DNA of 64,000 nucleotides from NCBI RefSeq assembly GCF_058153355.1, contig NZ_CM177019.1; one strand, 5' to 3'. Shown piece by piece: positions 12,242 to 25,355 of this stretch (position 1 is its first letter; each line of letters starts with the position of its first letter). The notes under the pieces were generated by a model. It saw only the letters and a program-made list of their open reading frames with translations, ran no database searches and was not told where the DNA came from. The position numbers and the translations under genes were made by a program.

Positions 12242-15064
12242 ATGGATAAGATCGAAGTTCGGGGCGCCCGCACCCATAATCTCAAAAACATCAACCTCGT
12301 TATCCCCCGCGACAAGCTCATTGTCGTGACCGGGCTTTCGGGTTCTGGCAAATCCTCGCTCGCTTTCGACACCTTATATGCCGAAGGGCAGCGCCGTTAC
12401 GTTGAATCCCTTTCCGCCTACGCGCGGCAGTTTCTGTCACTGATGGAAAAGCCGGACGTCGATCATATTGAGGGGCTTTCTCCTGCCATCTCGATTGAGC
12501 AGAAATCGACGTCTCATAACCCGCGTTCTACGGTGGGGACAATCACCGAAATCCACGACTATTTGCGTTTGTTGTTCGCCCGCGTCGGTGAGCCGCGCTG
12601 CCCGGACCACGATGTACCGCTGGCGGCGCAAACCGTCAGCCAGATGGTGGATAACGTGCTGTCGCAGCCGGAAGGTAAACGCCTGATGCTGCTCGCGCCA
12701 ATCATTAAAGAGCGCAAAGGCGAACACACCAAAACGCTGGAAAATCTGGCAAGCCAGGGTTACATCCGTGCTCGTATTGATGGCGAAGTCTGCGATCTTT
12801 CCGATCCGCCGAAACTGGAATTGCAAAAGAAACACACCATTGAAGTGGTGGTTGATCGCTTCAAGGTGCGTGACGATCTTACCCAACGTCTTGCCGAGTC
12901 GTTTGAAACCGCGCTGGAGCTTTCCGGTGGTACAGCGGTGGTTGCTGATATGGACGATCCAAAAGCGGAAGAGCTGCTTTTCTCAGCGAACTTCGCTTGT
13001 CCAATTTGCGGCTACAGTATGCGTGAACTGGAGCCGCGACTGTTTTCGTTTAACAACCCGGCGGGGGCCTGCCCGACCTGTGACGGCCTTGGCGTACAGC
13101 AATATTTCGATCCTGATCGCGTGATCCAAAACCCGGAACTGTCGCTGGCTGGCGGTGCGATCCGAGGCTGGGATCGCCGCAACTTCTATTATTTCCAGAT
13201 GCTGAAATCGCTGGCAGATCACTATAAGTTCGACGTCGAAGCGCCGTGGGGCAGCCTGAGCGCGAACGTGCATAAAGTGGTGCTGTACGGTTCAGGCAAA
13301 GAAAACATTGAATTCAAATACATGAACGATCGCGGCGATACCTCCATTCGTCGTCATCCGTTCGAAGGCGTGCTGCACAATATGGAGCGCCGTTATAAAG
13401 AGACGGAATCCAGTGCGGTACGCGAAGAATTAGCCAAGTTTATCAGCAATCGCCCGTGCGCCAGCTGCGAAGGAACGCGTCTGCGTCGGGAAGCGCGCCA
13501 TGTGTATGTCGAGAATACGCCGCTGCCTGCTATCTCCGACATGAGCATCGGTCATGCGATGGAATTCTTCAACAATCTCAAACTCGCAGGTCAACGAGCG
13601 AAGATTGCGGAAAAAATTCTTAAGGAGATTGGCGATCGCCTGAAATTCCTCGTTAACGTCGGCCTGAATTACCTGACACTTTCCCGCTCGGCAGAAACGC
13701 TTTCTGGCGGTGAAGCCCAGCGTATCCGTCTGGCGAGCCAGATTGGTGCGGGCCTGGTTGGCGTGATGTACGTGCTGGATGAGCCGTCTATCGGCCTGCA
13801 CCAGCGCGATAACGAGCGTCTGTTGGGTACGCTTATCCATCTGCGCGATCTTGGTAATACCGTGATTGTGGTGGAGCACGACGAAGACGCGATTCGTGCG
13901 GCTGACCATGTGATCGACATCGGTCCTGGTGCGGGTGTACATGGCGGTGAAGTGGTCGCGGAAGGTCCCCTGGAAGCGATTATGGCGGTGCCTGAGTCGT
14001 TAACCGGGCAGTACATGAGCGGCAAACGCAAGATTGAAGTGCCAAAGAAACGCGTTCCGGCGAATCCGGAAAAAGTGCTGAAGCTGACCGGCGCACGTGG
14101 CAACAACCTCAAAGACGTGACGCTGACGCTGCCGGTGGGTCTGTTTACCTGCATCACAGGGGTTTCAGGTTCCGGTAAATCGACGCTGATTAACGACACA
14201 CTGTTCCCGATTGCCCAACGCCAGTTGAATGGTGCGACCATCGCCGAACCGGCACCTTATCGCGATATTCAGGGGCTGGAGCATTTCGATAAAGTGATCG
14301 ATATCGACCAAAGCCCAATTGGTCGTACTCCGCGTTCTAACCCGGCGACCTATACCGGCGTGTTTACGCCTGTGCGCGAACTGTTTGCGGGCGTACCGGA
14401 ATCCCGTGCGCGCGGTTATACACCAGGACGATTCAGCTTTAACGTTCGCGGCGGACGCTGCGAAGCCTGTCAGGGCGATGGCGTGATCAAAGTGGAGATG
14501 CACTTCCTGCCGGACATTTACGTACCGTGCGACCAGTGCAAAGGTAAACGCTATAACCGTGAAACGCTGGAGATTAAGTACAAAGGCAAAACCATCCACG
14601 AAGTGCTGGATATGACCATCGAAGAGGCGCGTGAGTTCTTTGATGCGGTACCAGCTCTGGCACGTAAGCTGCAAACATTGATGGACGTTGGCCTGACGTA
14701 CATTCGCCTGGGGCAGTCCGCAACCACACTTTCTGGTGGTGAAGCCCAGCGCGTGAAGCTGGCGCGTGAGCTGTCAAAACGCGGCACCGGGCAGACACTG
14801 TATATTCTCGACGAGCCGACCACCGGTCTGCACTTCGCCGATATTCAGCAACTGCTCGACGTATTGCATAAACTGCGCGATCAGGGCAATACCATCGTGG
14901 TGATTGAGCACAATCTCGACGTGATCAAAACCGCTGACTGGATTGTCGACCTGGGGCCGGAAGGCGGCAGTGGCGGCGGCGAGATCCTCGTCTCCGGTAC
15001 ACCAGAAACCGTCGCGGAGTGCGAAGCTTCGCATACGGCGCGCTTCCTCAAGCCGATGCTGTAA
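12242..15064 (+). CDS. uvrA: excinuclease ABC subunit A
   Basis: 940-aa ORF with two ABC ATPase modules ([18 protein letters not shown]), zinc-finger cysteines, LSGGEAQR signature motifs. Confidence 0.97.
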   Translation: MDKIEVRGARTHNLKNINLVIPRDKLIVVTGLSGSGKSSLAFDTLYAEGQRRYVESLSAYARQFLSLMEKPDVDHIEGLSPAISIEQKSTSHNPRSTVGTITEIHDYLRLLFARVGEPRCPDHDVPLAAQTVSQMVDNVLSQPEGKRLMLLAPIIKERKGEHTKTLENLASQGYIRARIDGEVCDLSDPPKLELQKKHTIEVVVDRFKVRDDLTQRLAESFETALELSGGTAVVADMDDPKAEELLFSANFACPICGYSMRELEPRLFSFNNPAGACPTCDGLGVQQYFDPDRVIQNPELSLAGGAIRGWDRRNFYYFQMLKSLADHYKFDVEAPWGSLSANVHKVVLYGSGKENIEFKYMNDRGDTSIRRHPFEGVLHNMERRYKETESSAVREELAKFISNRPCASCEGTRLRREARHVYVENTPLPAISDMSIGHAMEFFNNLKLAGQRAKIAEKILKEIGDRLKFLVNVGLNYLTLSRSAETLSGGEAQRIRLASQIGAGLVGVMYVLDEPSIGLHQRDNERLLGTLIHLRDLGNTVIVVEHDEDAIRAADHVIDIGPGAGVHGGEVVAEGPLEAIMAVPESLTGQYMSGKRKIEVPKKRVPANPEKVLKLTGARGNNLKDVTLTLPVGLFTCITGVSGSGKSTLINDTLFPIAQRQLNGATIAEPAPYRDIQGLEHFDKVIDIDQSPIGRTPRSNPATYTGVFTPVRELFAGVPESRARGYTPGRFSFNVRGGRCEACQGDGVIKVEMHFLPDIYVPCDQCKGKRYNRETLEIKYKGKTIHEVLDMTIEEAREFFDAVPALARKLQTLMDVGLTYIRLGQSATTLSGGEAQRVKLARELSKRGTGQTLYILDEPTTGLHFADIQQLLDVLHKLRDQGNTIVVIEHNLDVIKTADWIVDLGPEGGSGGGEILVSGTPETVAECEASHTARFLKPML

Positions 15065-15071
15065 TCGTTAA

Positions 15072-15097
15072 GGCCGCTTTCTGAGCGGCCTTTTTCT
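15072..15097. terminator. intrinsic terminator between convergent uvrA and yjbR
   Basis: ggccgctttctgagcggcc hairpin + T-tract. Confidence 0.8.
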
Positions 15098-15098
15098 T

Positions 15099-15455
15099 TC
15101 AGAGTTGCACCAGCAATTTACGTTTTTCTTCCGGCAGTAAATTCACCGCCTGCTGATAAGACGCATCCACCAGATAATAGATTTGCGAATCTGGCAGCGA
15201 ACCGTCGAGATACACGGTGCTCCAGTGCGCTTTATTCAGATGGCGGCTTGGACGCACATCGCTGTGCTGCTGACGTAGCAGCTCCGCCAGCTCCGGGCTG
15301 GTTTTCAGCGAAACAGCTGGGCGATTTTCTACTTCTTTCACCATCGCAAACAGTACATCTTCCACTTTGATCTGCGTCGCTTTCCAGTCGTTATGCACGC
15401 TCTGTTCTGCGCCTGGTTTTGCCATGCAATATTGTAGCAACTCCGAAATGGTCAT
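15099..15455 (-). CDS. yjbR: DUF419/MmcQ-like protein
   Basis: 118-aa ORF matching YjbR by sequence and position after yjbQ. Confidence 0.8.
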   Translation of the reverse strand: MTISELLQYCMAKPGAEQSVHNDWKATQIKVEDVLFAMVKEVENRPAVSLKTSPELAELLRQQHSDVRPSRHLNKAHWSTVYLDGSLPDSQIYYLVDASYQQAVNLLPEEKRKLLVQL

Positions 15456-15458
15456 TTT

Positions 15459-15875
15459 TTACTCCCCTTGTAGTGTCGCGATGATGCGACGCGATCCGCC
15501 GTGGATGCGATGTTCCCCCAGCCAGATGCCTTGCCAGGTGCCGGTCTGAATACGCCCTTTATGCACCGGCAATACAAGCGATGTTCCCAACATTGAGGAT
15601 TTGATATGAGAAGGCATATCGTCGGCCCCCTCATAGTCATGCTCATAATTTCCGTTATCGGGAACGGTGCGGAGGAAAAAACGCTCCATGTCCTGGCGTA
15701 CGGTGGGATCGCAGTTCTCATTAAGTGTCAGAGAGGCGGAGGTATGTTGCAGCAACAGATGCAGTAAGCCGATGTTAACACGCGGCATATCAGCCAGCTG
15801 ATGCAGTATTTCATCCGTTACCAGATGAAATCCACGAGATTTGGCGCTAAGCGTGAGCGTCTTTTGATACCACAT
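15459..15875 (-). CDS. yjbQ: UPF0047 / secondary thiamine-phosphate synthase-like protein
   Basis: 138-aa [27 protein letters not shown]... Confidence 0.8.
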   Translation of the reverse strand: MWYQKTLTLSAKSRGFHLVTDEILHQLADMPRVNIGLLHLLLQHTSASLTLNENCDPTVRQDMERFFLRTVPDNGNYEHDYEGADDMPSHIKSSMLGTSLVLPVHKGRIQTGTWQGIWLGEHRIHGGSRRIIATLQGE

Positions 15876-15985
15876 GTGCTGCTCCTTGATAAAACTCTCT
15901 TAATCAGTTTGCAGCAAGACAGCGAAAGGATAAAGGTGTGATTAAAAAAACAGCATTCGGGAGAGTGTCACGCTCTCCCGCTCTG

Positions 15986-16967
<982 letters not shown>

Positions 16968-17035
16968 CCGAAAAAATACGTATACCCACTTATTGATGAT
17001 TGAGCAGGCGGCTGTTCATCCGCCTGCCAACGACA

Positions 17036-18229
17036 TTACATCACCGCAGCAAACGCCTTTGCCACACGTTGTACATTTGCCGTATTTAACCCGGCGACAC
17101 ACATGCGACCGCTGGCGATGAGATAGACACCAAATTCTTCACGTAGTCGGTCAACCTGAGCGGCACTTAAACCGGTATAACTGAACATACCGCGCTGATT
17201 AAGCAGATAATCGAAATTGCGTTCTGGCATTTCTGTGCTCAATACCTTCACCAGTTCCTGACGCATCGCCAGAATGCGAGTACGCATCTCTTCGACTTCC
17301 GCCAGCCAGCTGGCTTTCAATGCCTCGTCATTCAGCACCGCAGCCACCACCTGCGCACCAAAATTCGGCGGGCTGGAGTAGTTGCGGCGAACTGTTGCTT
17401 TCAATTGCCCCAGTACGCGGCCTGCGGCTTCGGCATCTTCACACAGCACAGAAAGTCCGCCGACGCGCTCGCCGTAAAGGGAGAAAATTTTCGAGAACGA
17501 ATTGCTCACCAGAGCGGGTAATCCAGCGCTGGCAATGGCGCGAATGGCGTAGGCATCCTCTTCCATACCGGCACCAAATCCTTGATAGGCAATATCAAGA
17601 AATGGGATAAGCTCGCGGGCTTTGAGAATTTGAATCACCGCATCCCACTGGTCATTAGTGAGATCGGCACCCGTTGGGTTGTGGCAACATGGGTGCAGCA
17701 ACACAATACTGCGGGCAGGTAATGTTTTTAGCGTCGCCAACAGGTCATTAAAGCGCACGCCGTTAGTCGCTTCGTCATACCAGGGGTAAGTACTCACTTC
17801 GAATCCAGCCCCGGCGAATATTGCTACGTGGTTTTCCCAGGTAGGATCGCTGACCCAGACGCCTGATTCCGGGAAGTAGCGTTTCAGGAAATCTGCGCCC
17901 ACTTTCAATGCCCCTGAGCCGCCAAGGGTTTGAATGGTTGCTACGCGCTGTTGTTGCAGTACCGGATGGTCCGCACCAAACAGCAGCGGCGCAATGGCAT
18001 GGCGATAGCTATTAAGCCCTTCCATCGGTAAATAAAGCGAAGCGCCATGAGGCTGCGCATTCAGGCGCGCTTCCGCATCCGCCACGGCTTTCAGTTGGGG
18101 AATAATTCCGTCTTCGTTGTAGTACAGACCGATACTTAAATTCACTTTGTCGCTGCGAGGGTCTTCTTTGAAACGCTCCATAAGCGTAAGAATCGGGTCG
18201 CCAGCGTAGGCGTCAACTTTTTGAAACAC
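17036..18229 (-). CDS. tyrB: aromatic-amino-acid aminotransferase
   Basis: 397-aa from GTG 18229 ([20 protein letters not shown]...); class I aminotransferase with PLP lysine [16 protein letters not shown]. Confidence 0.9.
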   Translation of the reverse strand: MFQKVDAYAGDPILTLMERFKEDPRSDKVNLSIGLYYNEDGIIPQLKAVADAEARLNAQPHGASLYLPMEGLNSYRHAIAPLLFGADHPVLQQQRVATIQTLGGSGALKVGADFLKRYFPESGVWVSDPTWENHVAIFAGAGFEVSTYPWYDEATNGVRFNDLLATLKTLPARSIVLLHPCCHNPTGADLTNDQWDAVIQILKARELIPFLDIAYQGFGAGMEEDAYAIRAIASAGLPALVSNSFSKIFSLYGERVGGLSVLCEDAEAAGRVLGQLKATVRRNYSSPPNFGAQVVAAVLNDEALKASWLAEVEEMRTRILAMRQELVKVLSTEMPERNFDYLLNQRGMFSYTGLSAAQVDRLREEFGVYLIASGRMCVAGLNTANVQRVAKAFAAVM

Positions 18230-18480
18230 GCGATGGTTCTCCAGGTTTACGGGCAGGTGGTTAAACCACAATAAACCGGAAGGTGGGGAAGATCGAGAGG
18301 ATGTTCAGGGGTGAACGACAATTAGCAACAAAAAGTGACCAATGACAAACGCACATTCGCCAGAGGCACGACCTTTATAACAGCATGAAATAATATCAAT
18401 TTATTGAATTAGTAAGATTTTATTAGCCGGATAGGCATTCATACCACATCCGGCACAGATAATCAGATATTACAGAACGA

Positions 18481-19560
18481 TTAATCCACGTATTTCATCG
18501 CGACCCTTGAAGTCAGGCGCGTGATAAGTTCGTAAGCGCTCACTTTCGTCATTTCAGCGATACGTTCTACGGGCAAACCTTCGCCCCATAAAATGACCGG
18601 GTCCCCGGCTTTATCCTGCGCCTGTGGACCTAAGTCGACGCAGATCATATCCATCGCGACTCGCCCGACAATCGGCACTTCGCGACCGTTCACCAGCACT
18701 GGCGTACCGGACGGCGCGGCGCGCGGATAACCATCACCATAACCCATCGCGACTACGCCCAGGCGGGTATCACGTTCGCTTACCCAGGTTCCACCATAAC
18801 CGACAGGCTCTCCGGCTTTATGCTCACGCACGGCAATCAGGCTGGAGGTTAGTGACATCACTGGCTGACAGCCAAAATCGGCACCGGTGGAGCGATCTTC
18901 CAGCGGCGAGACGCCATAAAGAATGATGCCCGGGCGCACCCAGTCAAAATGCGACTGTGGCCACAGCAGAATGCCCCCCGACGCGGCAATGGAACGTTGA
19001 CCAGGTTTGCCTTCACAAAAGGTATTAAAGATATCGAGTTGTTTCTCGGTTGCACCGCATTTTGGCTCATCCGCGCGCGCAAAATGGCTGACAATATTCA
19101 CCGGCTGACGAACGTTTTTGCACCGCGTCAGACGATGATAAAACGCCTCAGCCTGTTCCGGCCTTACACCCAGACGGTGCATACCAGTATCGAGTTTCAT
19201 CCAGACGGTAACCGGCTCGTCCAGGCTGGCCTCTTCCAGCGCAGCAAGCTGTTCTTCGTTATGCACGGCGGTATGAAAATGCTGCGCAGAAATCGTCGGT
19301 AAATCTCTGGCATCAAAGAAGCCTTCGAGTAACAGTACAGGTTTGGTGATTCCCCCCGCACGCAGTCGCAGAGCTTCTTCGAGACGGGCGACGCCAAAGG
19401 CGTCAGCATCGGGGAGCGTTCGCGCGGTCTCAAGAAGACCGTGACCATAAGCGTTCGCTTTCACCACCGCAACCATTTTACTGGCAGGTGCCAGTTCACG
19501 AAGACGTTGCAGGTTGTGTCGCAGAGCGCGGCGGTTAATCACAACAGTTGCCGCTTGCAT
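18481..19560 (-). CDS. alr: alanine racemase (biosynthetic)
   Basis: 359-aa ORF, N-terminal PLP motif [11 protein letters not shown]. Confidence 0.92.
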   Translation of the reverse strand: MQAATVVINRRALRHNLQRLRELAPASKMVAVVKANAYGHGLLETARTLPDADAFGVARLEEALRLRAGGITKPVLLLEGFFDARDLPTISAQHFHTAVHNEEQLAALEEASLDEPVTVWMKLDTGMHRLGVRPEQAEAFYHRLTRCKNVRQPVNIVSHFARADEPKCGATEKQLDIFNTFCEGKPGQRSIAASGGILLWPQSHFDWVRPGIILYGVSPLEDRSTGADFGCQPVMSLTSSLIAVREHKAGEPVGYGGTWVSERDTRLGVVAMGYGDGYPRAAPSGTPVLVNGREVPIVGRVAMDMICVDLGPQAQDKAGDPVILWGEGLPVERIAEMTKVSAYELITRLTSRVAMKYVD

Positions 19561-19612
19561 TTGTGTTCCTTGATAAGTGTTTGCTTTAATTACCTAATTC
19601 ATAAAATAATTA

Positions 19613-21028
19613 TTATTCGTCGTCGTACTGCGGCCCCGCATAGTTGTCGAAGCGTGACCACTGACCATTAAAGGTCAAACGTACCGTACCGATAGGGCCG
19701 TTACGTTGTTTACCGATAATAATTTCCGCGATGCCTTTTAAATCACTATTCTCGTGATAAACCTCATCACGGTAAATAAACATGATCAAGTCCGCATCCT
19801 GCTCGATGGAGCCGGATTCACGCAGGTCGGAGTTGACCGGGCGTTTGTCGGCACGTTGTTCCAGAGAACGGTTCAACTGGGACAGCGCCACCACCGGCAC
19901 GTTCAGTTCTTTCGCCAGTGCTTTCAGCGAGCGGGAGATTTCTGCAATTTCCAGCGTACGGTTATCGGAAAGCGCCGGTACGCGCATCAGTTGCAGGTAG
20001 TCGATCATGATAAGCCCAATGCCGCCATGTTCTCGGGCAATTCGCCGCGCGCGGGAGCGCACTTCCGTTGGTGTCAGGCCGGAGGAATCATCAATATAGA
20101 TATTGCGTTTTTCGAGCAAAATACCCATGGTGCCGGAAATACGCGCCCAGTCTTCATCATCCAGCTGCCCGGTACGGATTTTAGTCTGGTCAACACGCGA
20201 CAGCGACGCCAGAGAACGCATCATAATCTGTTCTGATGGCATCTCCAGAGAGAAGATAAGTACCGGTTTATCTTGCAACATCGCCGCGTTTTCGACGAGG
20301 TTCATCGCAAATGTCGTTTTACCCATCGACGGACGCGCTGCGACGATGATCAAATCCGACGGCTGCAAACCAGCGGTTTTTTTGTTGAGATCGTCATAAC
20401 CGGTGTTTACCCCGGTAACGCCATCGTGTGGCTGCTGAAACAGCTGCTCAATACGCGCCACGGTTGCGTCGAGCACATCGGCGATGTTCTTCGGCCCTTC
20501 GTCTTTGTTTGCACGACTTTCGGCAATTTTAAAGACGCGGGATTCAGCCAGGTCCAACAGGTCTTCGCTGGTTCGCCCCTGCGGATCAAAACCGGCTTCG
20601 GCAATCTCATTCGCGACAGAGATCATTTCACGGACAACGGCACGTTCACGCACGATGTCCGCATAGGCACTGATATTCGCCGCACTTGGCGTATTTTTTG
20701 ACAACTCTGCCAGGTAAGCAAAACCACCAACGCTGTCGAGTTGCCCCTGACGTTCCAGCGATTCCGCAAGGGTAATCAGATCGATAGGACTACCGCTTTC
20801 CTGCAAACGCGCCATTTCGGTAAAGATATGACGGTGTGGTCGGGTATAAAAATCGTCCGCCACCACACGCTCGGCTACATCGTCCCAGCGTTCGTTATCC
20901 AGCATTAAACCGCCCAACACCGACTGCTCCGCTTCGATCGAGTGCGGAGGCACTTTCAGCCCGGCAACTTGTGGATCACGTTCGCGGGGTTCAGCCTGCT
21001 GTTTGTTGAAGGGTTTATTTCCTGCCAT
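19613..21028 (-). CDS. dnaB: replicative DNA helicase
   Basis: 471-aa ORF, Walker A ARPSMGKTTFAMNL, typical DnaB N-terminal domain. Confidence 0.97.
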   Translation of the reverse strand: MAGNKPFNKQQAEPRERDPQVAGLKVPPHSIEAEQSVLGGLMLDNERWDDVAERVVADDFYTRPHRHIFTEMARLQESGSPIDLITLAESLERQGQLDSVGGFAYLAELSKNTPSAANISAYADIVRERAVVREMISVANEIAEAGFDPQGRTSEDLLDLAESRVFKIAESRANKDEGPKNIADVLDATVARIEQLFQQPHDGVTGVNTGYDDLNKKTAGLQPSDLIIVAARPSMGKTTFAMNLVENAAMLQDKPVLIFSLEMPSEQIMMRSLASLSRVDQTKIRTGQLDDEDWARISGTMGILLEKRNIYIDDSSGLTPTEVRSRARRIAREHGGIGLIMIDYLQLMRVPALSDNRTLEIAEISRSLKALAKELNVPVVALSQLNRSLEQRADKRPVNSDLRESGSIEQDADLIMFIYRDEVYHENSDLKGIAEIIIGKQRNGPIGTVRLTFNGQWSRFDNYAGPQYDDE

Positions 21029-21110
21029 AGTGAATGGAGTTACCGAGATAAAGAATGGGTCGAAACTTTACCATATGAAGCAGACCCTGACGATACGTTC
21101 TGGAGGACAC

Positions 21111-22094
21111 ATGGCAACACGAATTGAATTTCATAAGCACGGTGGCCCGGAAGTACTTCAAGCCGTAGAGTTCACTCCTGCCGATCCGGCGGAGAATGAA
21201 ATCCAGGTCGAAAATAAAGCCATCGGCATCAATTTTATCGACACGTATATCCGCAGCGGCCTTTATCCGCCACCATCGCTACCCAGCGGATTAGGTACCG
21301 AAGCGGCAGGCATCGTGAGTAAAGTCGGCAGTAGTGTAAAGCATATTAAGGCAGGCGATCGCGTAGTCTATGCACAGTCGGCATTAGGCGCTTACAGCTC
21401 TGTGCATAACGTCAATGCCGATAAAGCGGCGATTCTGCCCGCGGCAATTTCTTTTGAGCAAGCGGCGGCATCATTCCTGAAAGGCTTAACGGTTTATTAT
21501 CTGCTGCGCAAAACCTATGAAATTAAACCTGATGAGCAGTTCCTGTTCCACGCAGCGGCTGGCGGCGTTGGCTTAATTGCCTGCCAGTGGGCAAAAGCCC
21601 TTGGGGCGAAACTTATCGGCACCGTGGGAACCGCGCAAAAAGCGCAGAGTGCGCTAAAAGCGGGCGCGTGGCAGGTGATTAACTATCGCGAAGAAAACCT
21701 GGTCGAGCGGTTAAAAGAGATCACCGGCGGTAAGAAAGTGCGCGTGGTGTACGATTCCGTGGGCAGAGACACCTGGGAACGGTCGCTGGATTGCCTGCAA
21801 CGTCGCGGCTTAATGGTCAGTTTTGGCAACTCATCAGGTGCGGTTACCGGTGTGAACTTAGGCATTCTCAATCAGAAAGGCTCGTTGTATGTGACACGCC
21901 CTTCCCTGCAAGGCTATATCACCACGCGGGAGGAATTAACCGAGGCCAGTAATGAACTATTCTCTTTGATTGCCAGCGGTGTGATTAAGGTCGATGTCGC
22001 CGAACAACAGAAATATCCGCTGAAGGATGCGCAGCGTGCGCATGAGATTCTGGAAAGCCGGGCGACGCAAGGTTCCAGCCTGTTGATTCCATAA
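21111..22094 (+). CDS. qor: NADPH:quinone oxidoreductase (zeta-crystallin family)
   Basis: 327-aa from ATG 21111 (MATRIEFHKHGGPEVLQ...), Rossmann AAAGGVGLIACQWAKALGA; upstream in-frame extension rejected (overlaps dnaB). Confidence 0.9.
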   Translation: MATRIEFHKHGGPEVLQAVEFTPADPAENEIQVENKAIGINFIDTYIRSGLYPPPSLPSGLGTEAAGIVSKVGSSVKHIKAGDRVVYAQSALGAYSSVHNVNADKAAILPAAISFEQAAASFLKGLTVYYLLRKTYEIKPDEQFLFHAAAGGVGLIACQWAKALGAKLIGTVGTAQKAQSALKAGAWQVINYREENLVERLKEITGGKKVRVVYDSVGRDTWERSLDCLQRRGLMVSFGNSSGAVTGVNLGILNQKGSLYVTRPSLQGYITTREELTEASNELFSLIASGVIKVDVAEQQKYPLKDAQRAHEILESRATQGSSLLIP

Positions 22095-22103
22095 AAGAAA
22101 TAG

Positions 22104-22132
22104 GGCTTCCACCTGGGAAGCCCTTTCTTTTT
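22104..22132 (+). terminator. intrinsic terminator after qor
   Basis: gggcttcc-acct-gggaagccc hairpin + tttcttttt. Confidence 0.8.
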
Positions 22133-22259
22133 ATAGTTCGGCTGTATGTAGGGTACAGCACGATGAATCTGTTAGAGGCGCAATAGTGACAGATTTGATT
22201 ATCAATTCCTATTTTGTTCTAAGGATAAAACCTTAGGTTGTGATCGTCCGCACAATCCC

Positions 22260-22502
22260 TTAGTAACGCCAACGGTCATAGCGCTGATATTTCGGCACTT
22301 TTGGTGCTTTAATCGCCTTAATAACCCACACCACCGCAATCGCCAATAACAGCCACGGCAGCAACTTAATCATCAATGCCAGCATACCGCCGAGGAACAT
22401 AATGGCCGTCGCCACAACCAACGCAGCGATAATACCCAGCAACGAAACGCCGGTGACCATCAGCATGACAAAAAAGCCAATCACAAAAAGTAGTTCCAGC
22501 AT
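22260..22502 (-). CDS. pspG: phage-shock protein G
   Basis: 80-aa hydrophobic ORF MLELLFVIGFFVMLMVTGVSLLG... from ATG 22502. Confidence 0.8.
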   Translation of the reverse strand: MLELLFVIGFFVMLMVTGVSLLGIIAALVVATAIMFLGGMLALMIKLLPWLLLAIAVVWVIKAIKAPKVPKYQRYDRWRY

Positions 22503-22537
22503 GATGCTCTCCCAAATATGAAATCTCTTGCTGGCAT

Positions 22538-22553
22538 TACAAGAATCATGCCA
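22538..22553 (-). promoter_or_regulatory. sigma54-type -24/-12 promoter element upstream of pspG
   Basis: Minus-strand tggcatgattcttgta (GG-N10-TTGT type, like pspA TGGCACGCAAATTGTA) about 35 nt upstream of pspG ATG. Confidence 0.55.
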
Positions 22554-22635
22554 AAAATAATCTATTGATTTAACTGCAAAACGCCCCGCGACGGTGCGCA
22601 GGGCGTGGTGAATTTGACTACTTTTTGGTGAAAAG

Positions 22636-23673
22636 TTAACGCTTATCTGCCACCAGTTTGAGCGCGTGTTCCAGCACGTTAATGTCAGCACCCGCTTTAT
22701 GGGCATTTTCACTTAAATAACGCCGCCACTGCCGCGCGCCAGGAATACCCTGGAACAAGCCCAGCATATGCCGGGTAATATGGCCGAGATACGTCCCCTG
22801 GCTGAGTTCACGCTCAATGTACGGATACATGGCACGCACCACCGCCACCGGATCGGCATCGGTATCCGAAGAACCAAAGATCTCTCGGTCTACCGCCGCC
22901 AGAATGCCTGGATTCTGATACGCTTCGCGCCCGACCATCACGCCATCCATATGTTGCAAATGTGCTTTAGCCTCTTCCAGCGACTTGATGCCACCGTTAA
23001 TCGACATCGTCAGATGCGGAAAGTCACGCTTCAGTTGATAAACGCGCGGATAATCGAGCGGCGGGATTTCACGGTTTTCTTTCGGGCTTAACCCAGAAAG
23101 CCAGGCTTTACGTGCGTGGATGATGAACATCTCACACTCGCCTTTGCCGGAAACGGTGTTGATGAAATCGCAGAGAAATTCATAGCTGTCCTGGTCATCG
23201 ATGCCAATACGCGTTTTCACCGTCACCGGAATCGATACGACATCGCGCATCGCTTTCACGCAGTCGGCAACCAGCTGCGCATTGCCCATCAGGCACGCAC
23301 CAAACATGCCGTTCTGTACCCGGTCAGACGGGCAGCCGACATTCAGGTTGATCTCATCATATCCGCGCGTTTCTGCCAGCTTCGCACACTGCGCCAGCGC
23401 CGCCGGATCGCTACCGCCCAGTTGCAACGCTACCGGATGTTCTTCTTCACTGTACGCCAGGTAATCACCTTTACCGTGAATAATCGCCCCTGTGGTCACC
23501 ATTTCTGTATACAGCAACGTATTGCGGGAAAGCAGACGCAGGAAATAACGGCAGTGTCTGTCCGTCCAGTCGAGCATTGGTGCAACGCTAAACCGACCAC
23601 TCCAGTGAACGTCAGTTTTTTCAGGCATTGCGCTGGTTTGGTTGATTTTTTGCATTTCAGAATTACCGTGCAT
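22636..23673 (-). CDS. dusA: tRNA-dihydrouridine synthase A
   Basis: Dus-family TIM-barrel ORF (…[16 protein letters not shown]…); start placed at MHGNSEMQ (the ORF also allows a start 2 codons upstream). Confidence 0.85.
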   Translation of the reverse strand: MHGNSEMQKINQTSAMPEKTDVHWSGRFSVAPMLDWTDRHCRYFLRLLSRNTLLYTEMVTTGAIIHGKGDYLAYSEEEHPVALQLGGSDPAALAQCAKLAETRGYDEINLNVGCPSDRVQNGMFGACLMGNAQLVADCVKAMRDVVSIPVTVKTRIGIDDQDSYEFLCDFINTVSGKGECEMFIIHARKAWLSGLSPKENREIPPLDYPRVYQLKRDFPHLTMSINGGIKSLEEAKAHLQHMDGVMVGREAYQNPGILAAVDREIFGSSDTDADPVAVVRAMYPYIERELSQGTYLGHITRHMLGLFQGIPGARQWRRYLSENAHKAGADINVLEHALKLVADKR

Positions 23674-24034
23674 TTTCAAAAGTAGAGATTATTTTAACGA
23701 TATATCATGGAGTTATGTTATTCAGCATCACTGTTCAGGAGGCTCAATAGCGGGGTACTATACCATAACAACAGGAAGCGCCTGGCTCTTTGAAAAAGAA
23801 AAATGAGATCCCTTCAAAGCGTGACGCTCTCGCGAATTGAAGAAATAATCTTATTAGATGTTAGCGTTGTGAAAAGCAATGATAAGCAATTCAGTTTCGA
23901 CGATAAATAAAAAATCATACATAAAAGCGTGTTGAACTATCTCGCGGCGAATGGCAATGATAGATAAAAAAGAACCCAAGCAATATTGGGTTCTTTTATG
24001 TAAAAAATTCCATACTACAGAGAAAATTCACATT

Positions 24035-25039
24035 TTATTTTTTTAACACAATACCGAATAGGTCATAAATGAACTTAATAATATCTTCGTTAATGAGATC
24101 GTTGTCATTTATATCTTTGTCATTCATATCTTTGCCAATTACAATGGGTCCCGTTGAGTCTGGGTCAAATGATTGAACGAATTTAATTAACGTCTCACCT
24201 GCAGCCTGCATTTTTGTAATGTCTGTGATGTCTTTATTGTCTTCTTCAGCCTGCTTTTTCCTATCATTCAGAATTAAATTAAAATCCAGTTCATTTTTAT
24301 CTACCAATTCTTTCATATCCATCAGGCTTTTTTTCATCACTTGACGAGATAATATTTTTATCTTACTTGTTATGTAGTTTTCACAATAATCATTAACTCT
24401 TCGTGCTGTTGCTATGATATCAGCTGATGCACTACCATATGAAAATGAAAGTAAAAGGGAAGCCAAGGGTTTTAAGCGAGCATCGTTCTTTGCTTTATAT
24501 GCATTTTCCAAATTTAAAAAACCTTCGCTTACAGTTTTTAGATGTAATGACGCTACAGGTACTTTACCATAGGGTTTATCATAAAATAGCTGAATTGCGG
24601 AGGGAAGGTCATTCTGATTTATTACATCGAAAGTACACCTGTCTATTAGAGTTGCATCGCTATTTTCCATTGGATTACAAACAAAATCCATCGCATAATG
24701 AAAAATCGCCCGTTCTACAAATGCAGAAATATAGTCACGATCACCTAATTGCTCATTAGTGCACTCTACAATACACTCGTCAACCCAATCTTTGAGAGCA
24801 TTTATTCGTCCAATTAAGGAAACATTCTTTTCACTTGCAGTCCATAAATTATGGGTAATCCTCTGAATAAACAAATCTATTTTTGCAATAATCGCAGCGC
24901 GATTACTCATCGTTGCATAATCAACCGATTTATTATACATATCCTTAAGTTTTTCCGAGCTTACATTTTTATTATCGTATTGATTTGAGTTGAGGCTTTT
25001 ATTAAAGTAATCTCTTGAACTTCCTATTATACTTGACAT
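24035..25039 (-). CDS. hypothetical protein, AT-rich gene (occupies the position of K-12 yjbL+yjbM)
   Basis: Uninterrupted 334-aa ORF in a strongly AT-rich block between dusA and zur; no domain recognisable by eye. Confidence 0.6.
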   Translation of the reverse strand: MSSIIGSSRDYFNKSLNSNQYDNKNVSSEKLKDMYNKSVDYATMSNRAAIIAKIDLFIQRITHNLWTASEKNVSLIGRINALKDWVDECIVECTNEQLGDRDYISAFVERAIFHYAMDFVCNPMENSDATLIDRCTFDVINQNDLPSAIQLFYDKPYGKVPVASLHLKTVSEGFLNLENAYKAKNDARLKPLASLLLSFSYGSASADIIATARRVNDYCENYITSKIKILSRQVMKKSLMDMKELVDKNELDFNLILNDRKKQAEEDNKDITDITKMQAAGETLIKFVQSFDPDSTGPIVIGKDMNDKDINDNDLINEDIIKFIYDLFGIVLKK

Positions 25040-25355
25040 AATTTATCCACCTTTTTACCGAGCTGTATCATTCTTATAATTCATTTGACAAAAAGTCACT
25101 ATCAAAAACCGCTCATAATTTCTGATCTGTAGGCATACTTTCAAACGCATTTAAATAAATAGCGAGTTAACTTCAAGCAATGTATTTAAAAATGGAGTAA
25201 TAATTATTGTCATGTTGATAATGGTGTCACCTGGCTATACAACACCTTACCTATGAAACAGAAAATCAACATTACAACAACAATAAGGGTTCTCGGTGTT
25301 TTTCCTGGAACATGGTAAAGTAAGGACATTCTTAACCCACACCTTGAGGTGCCCG

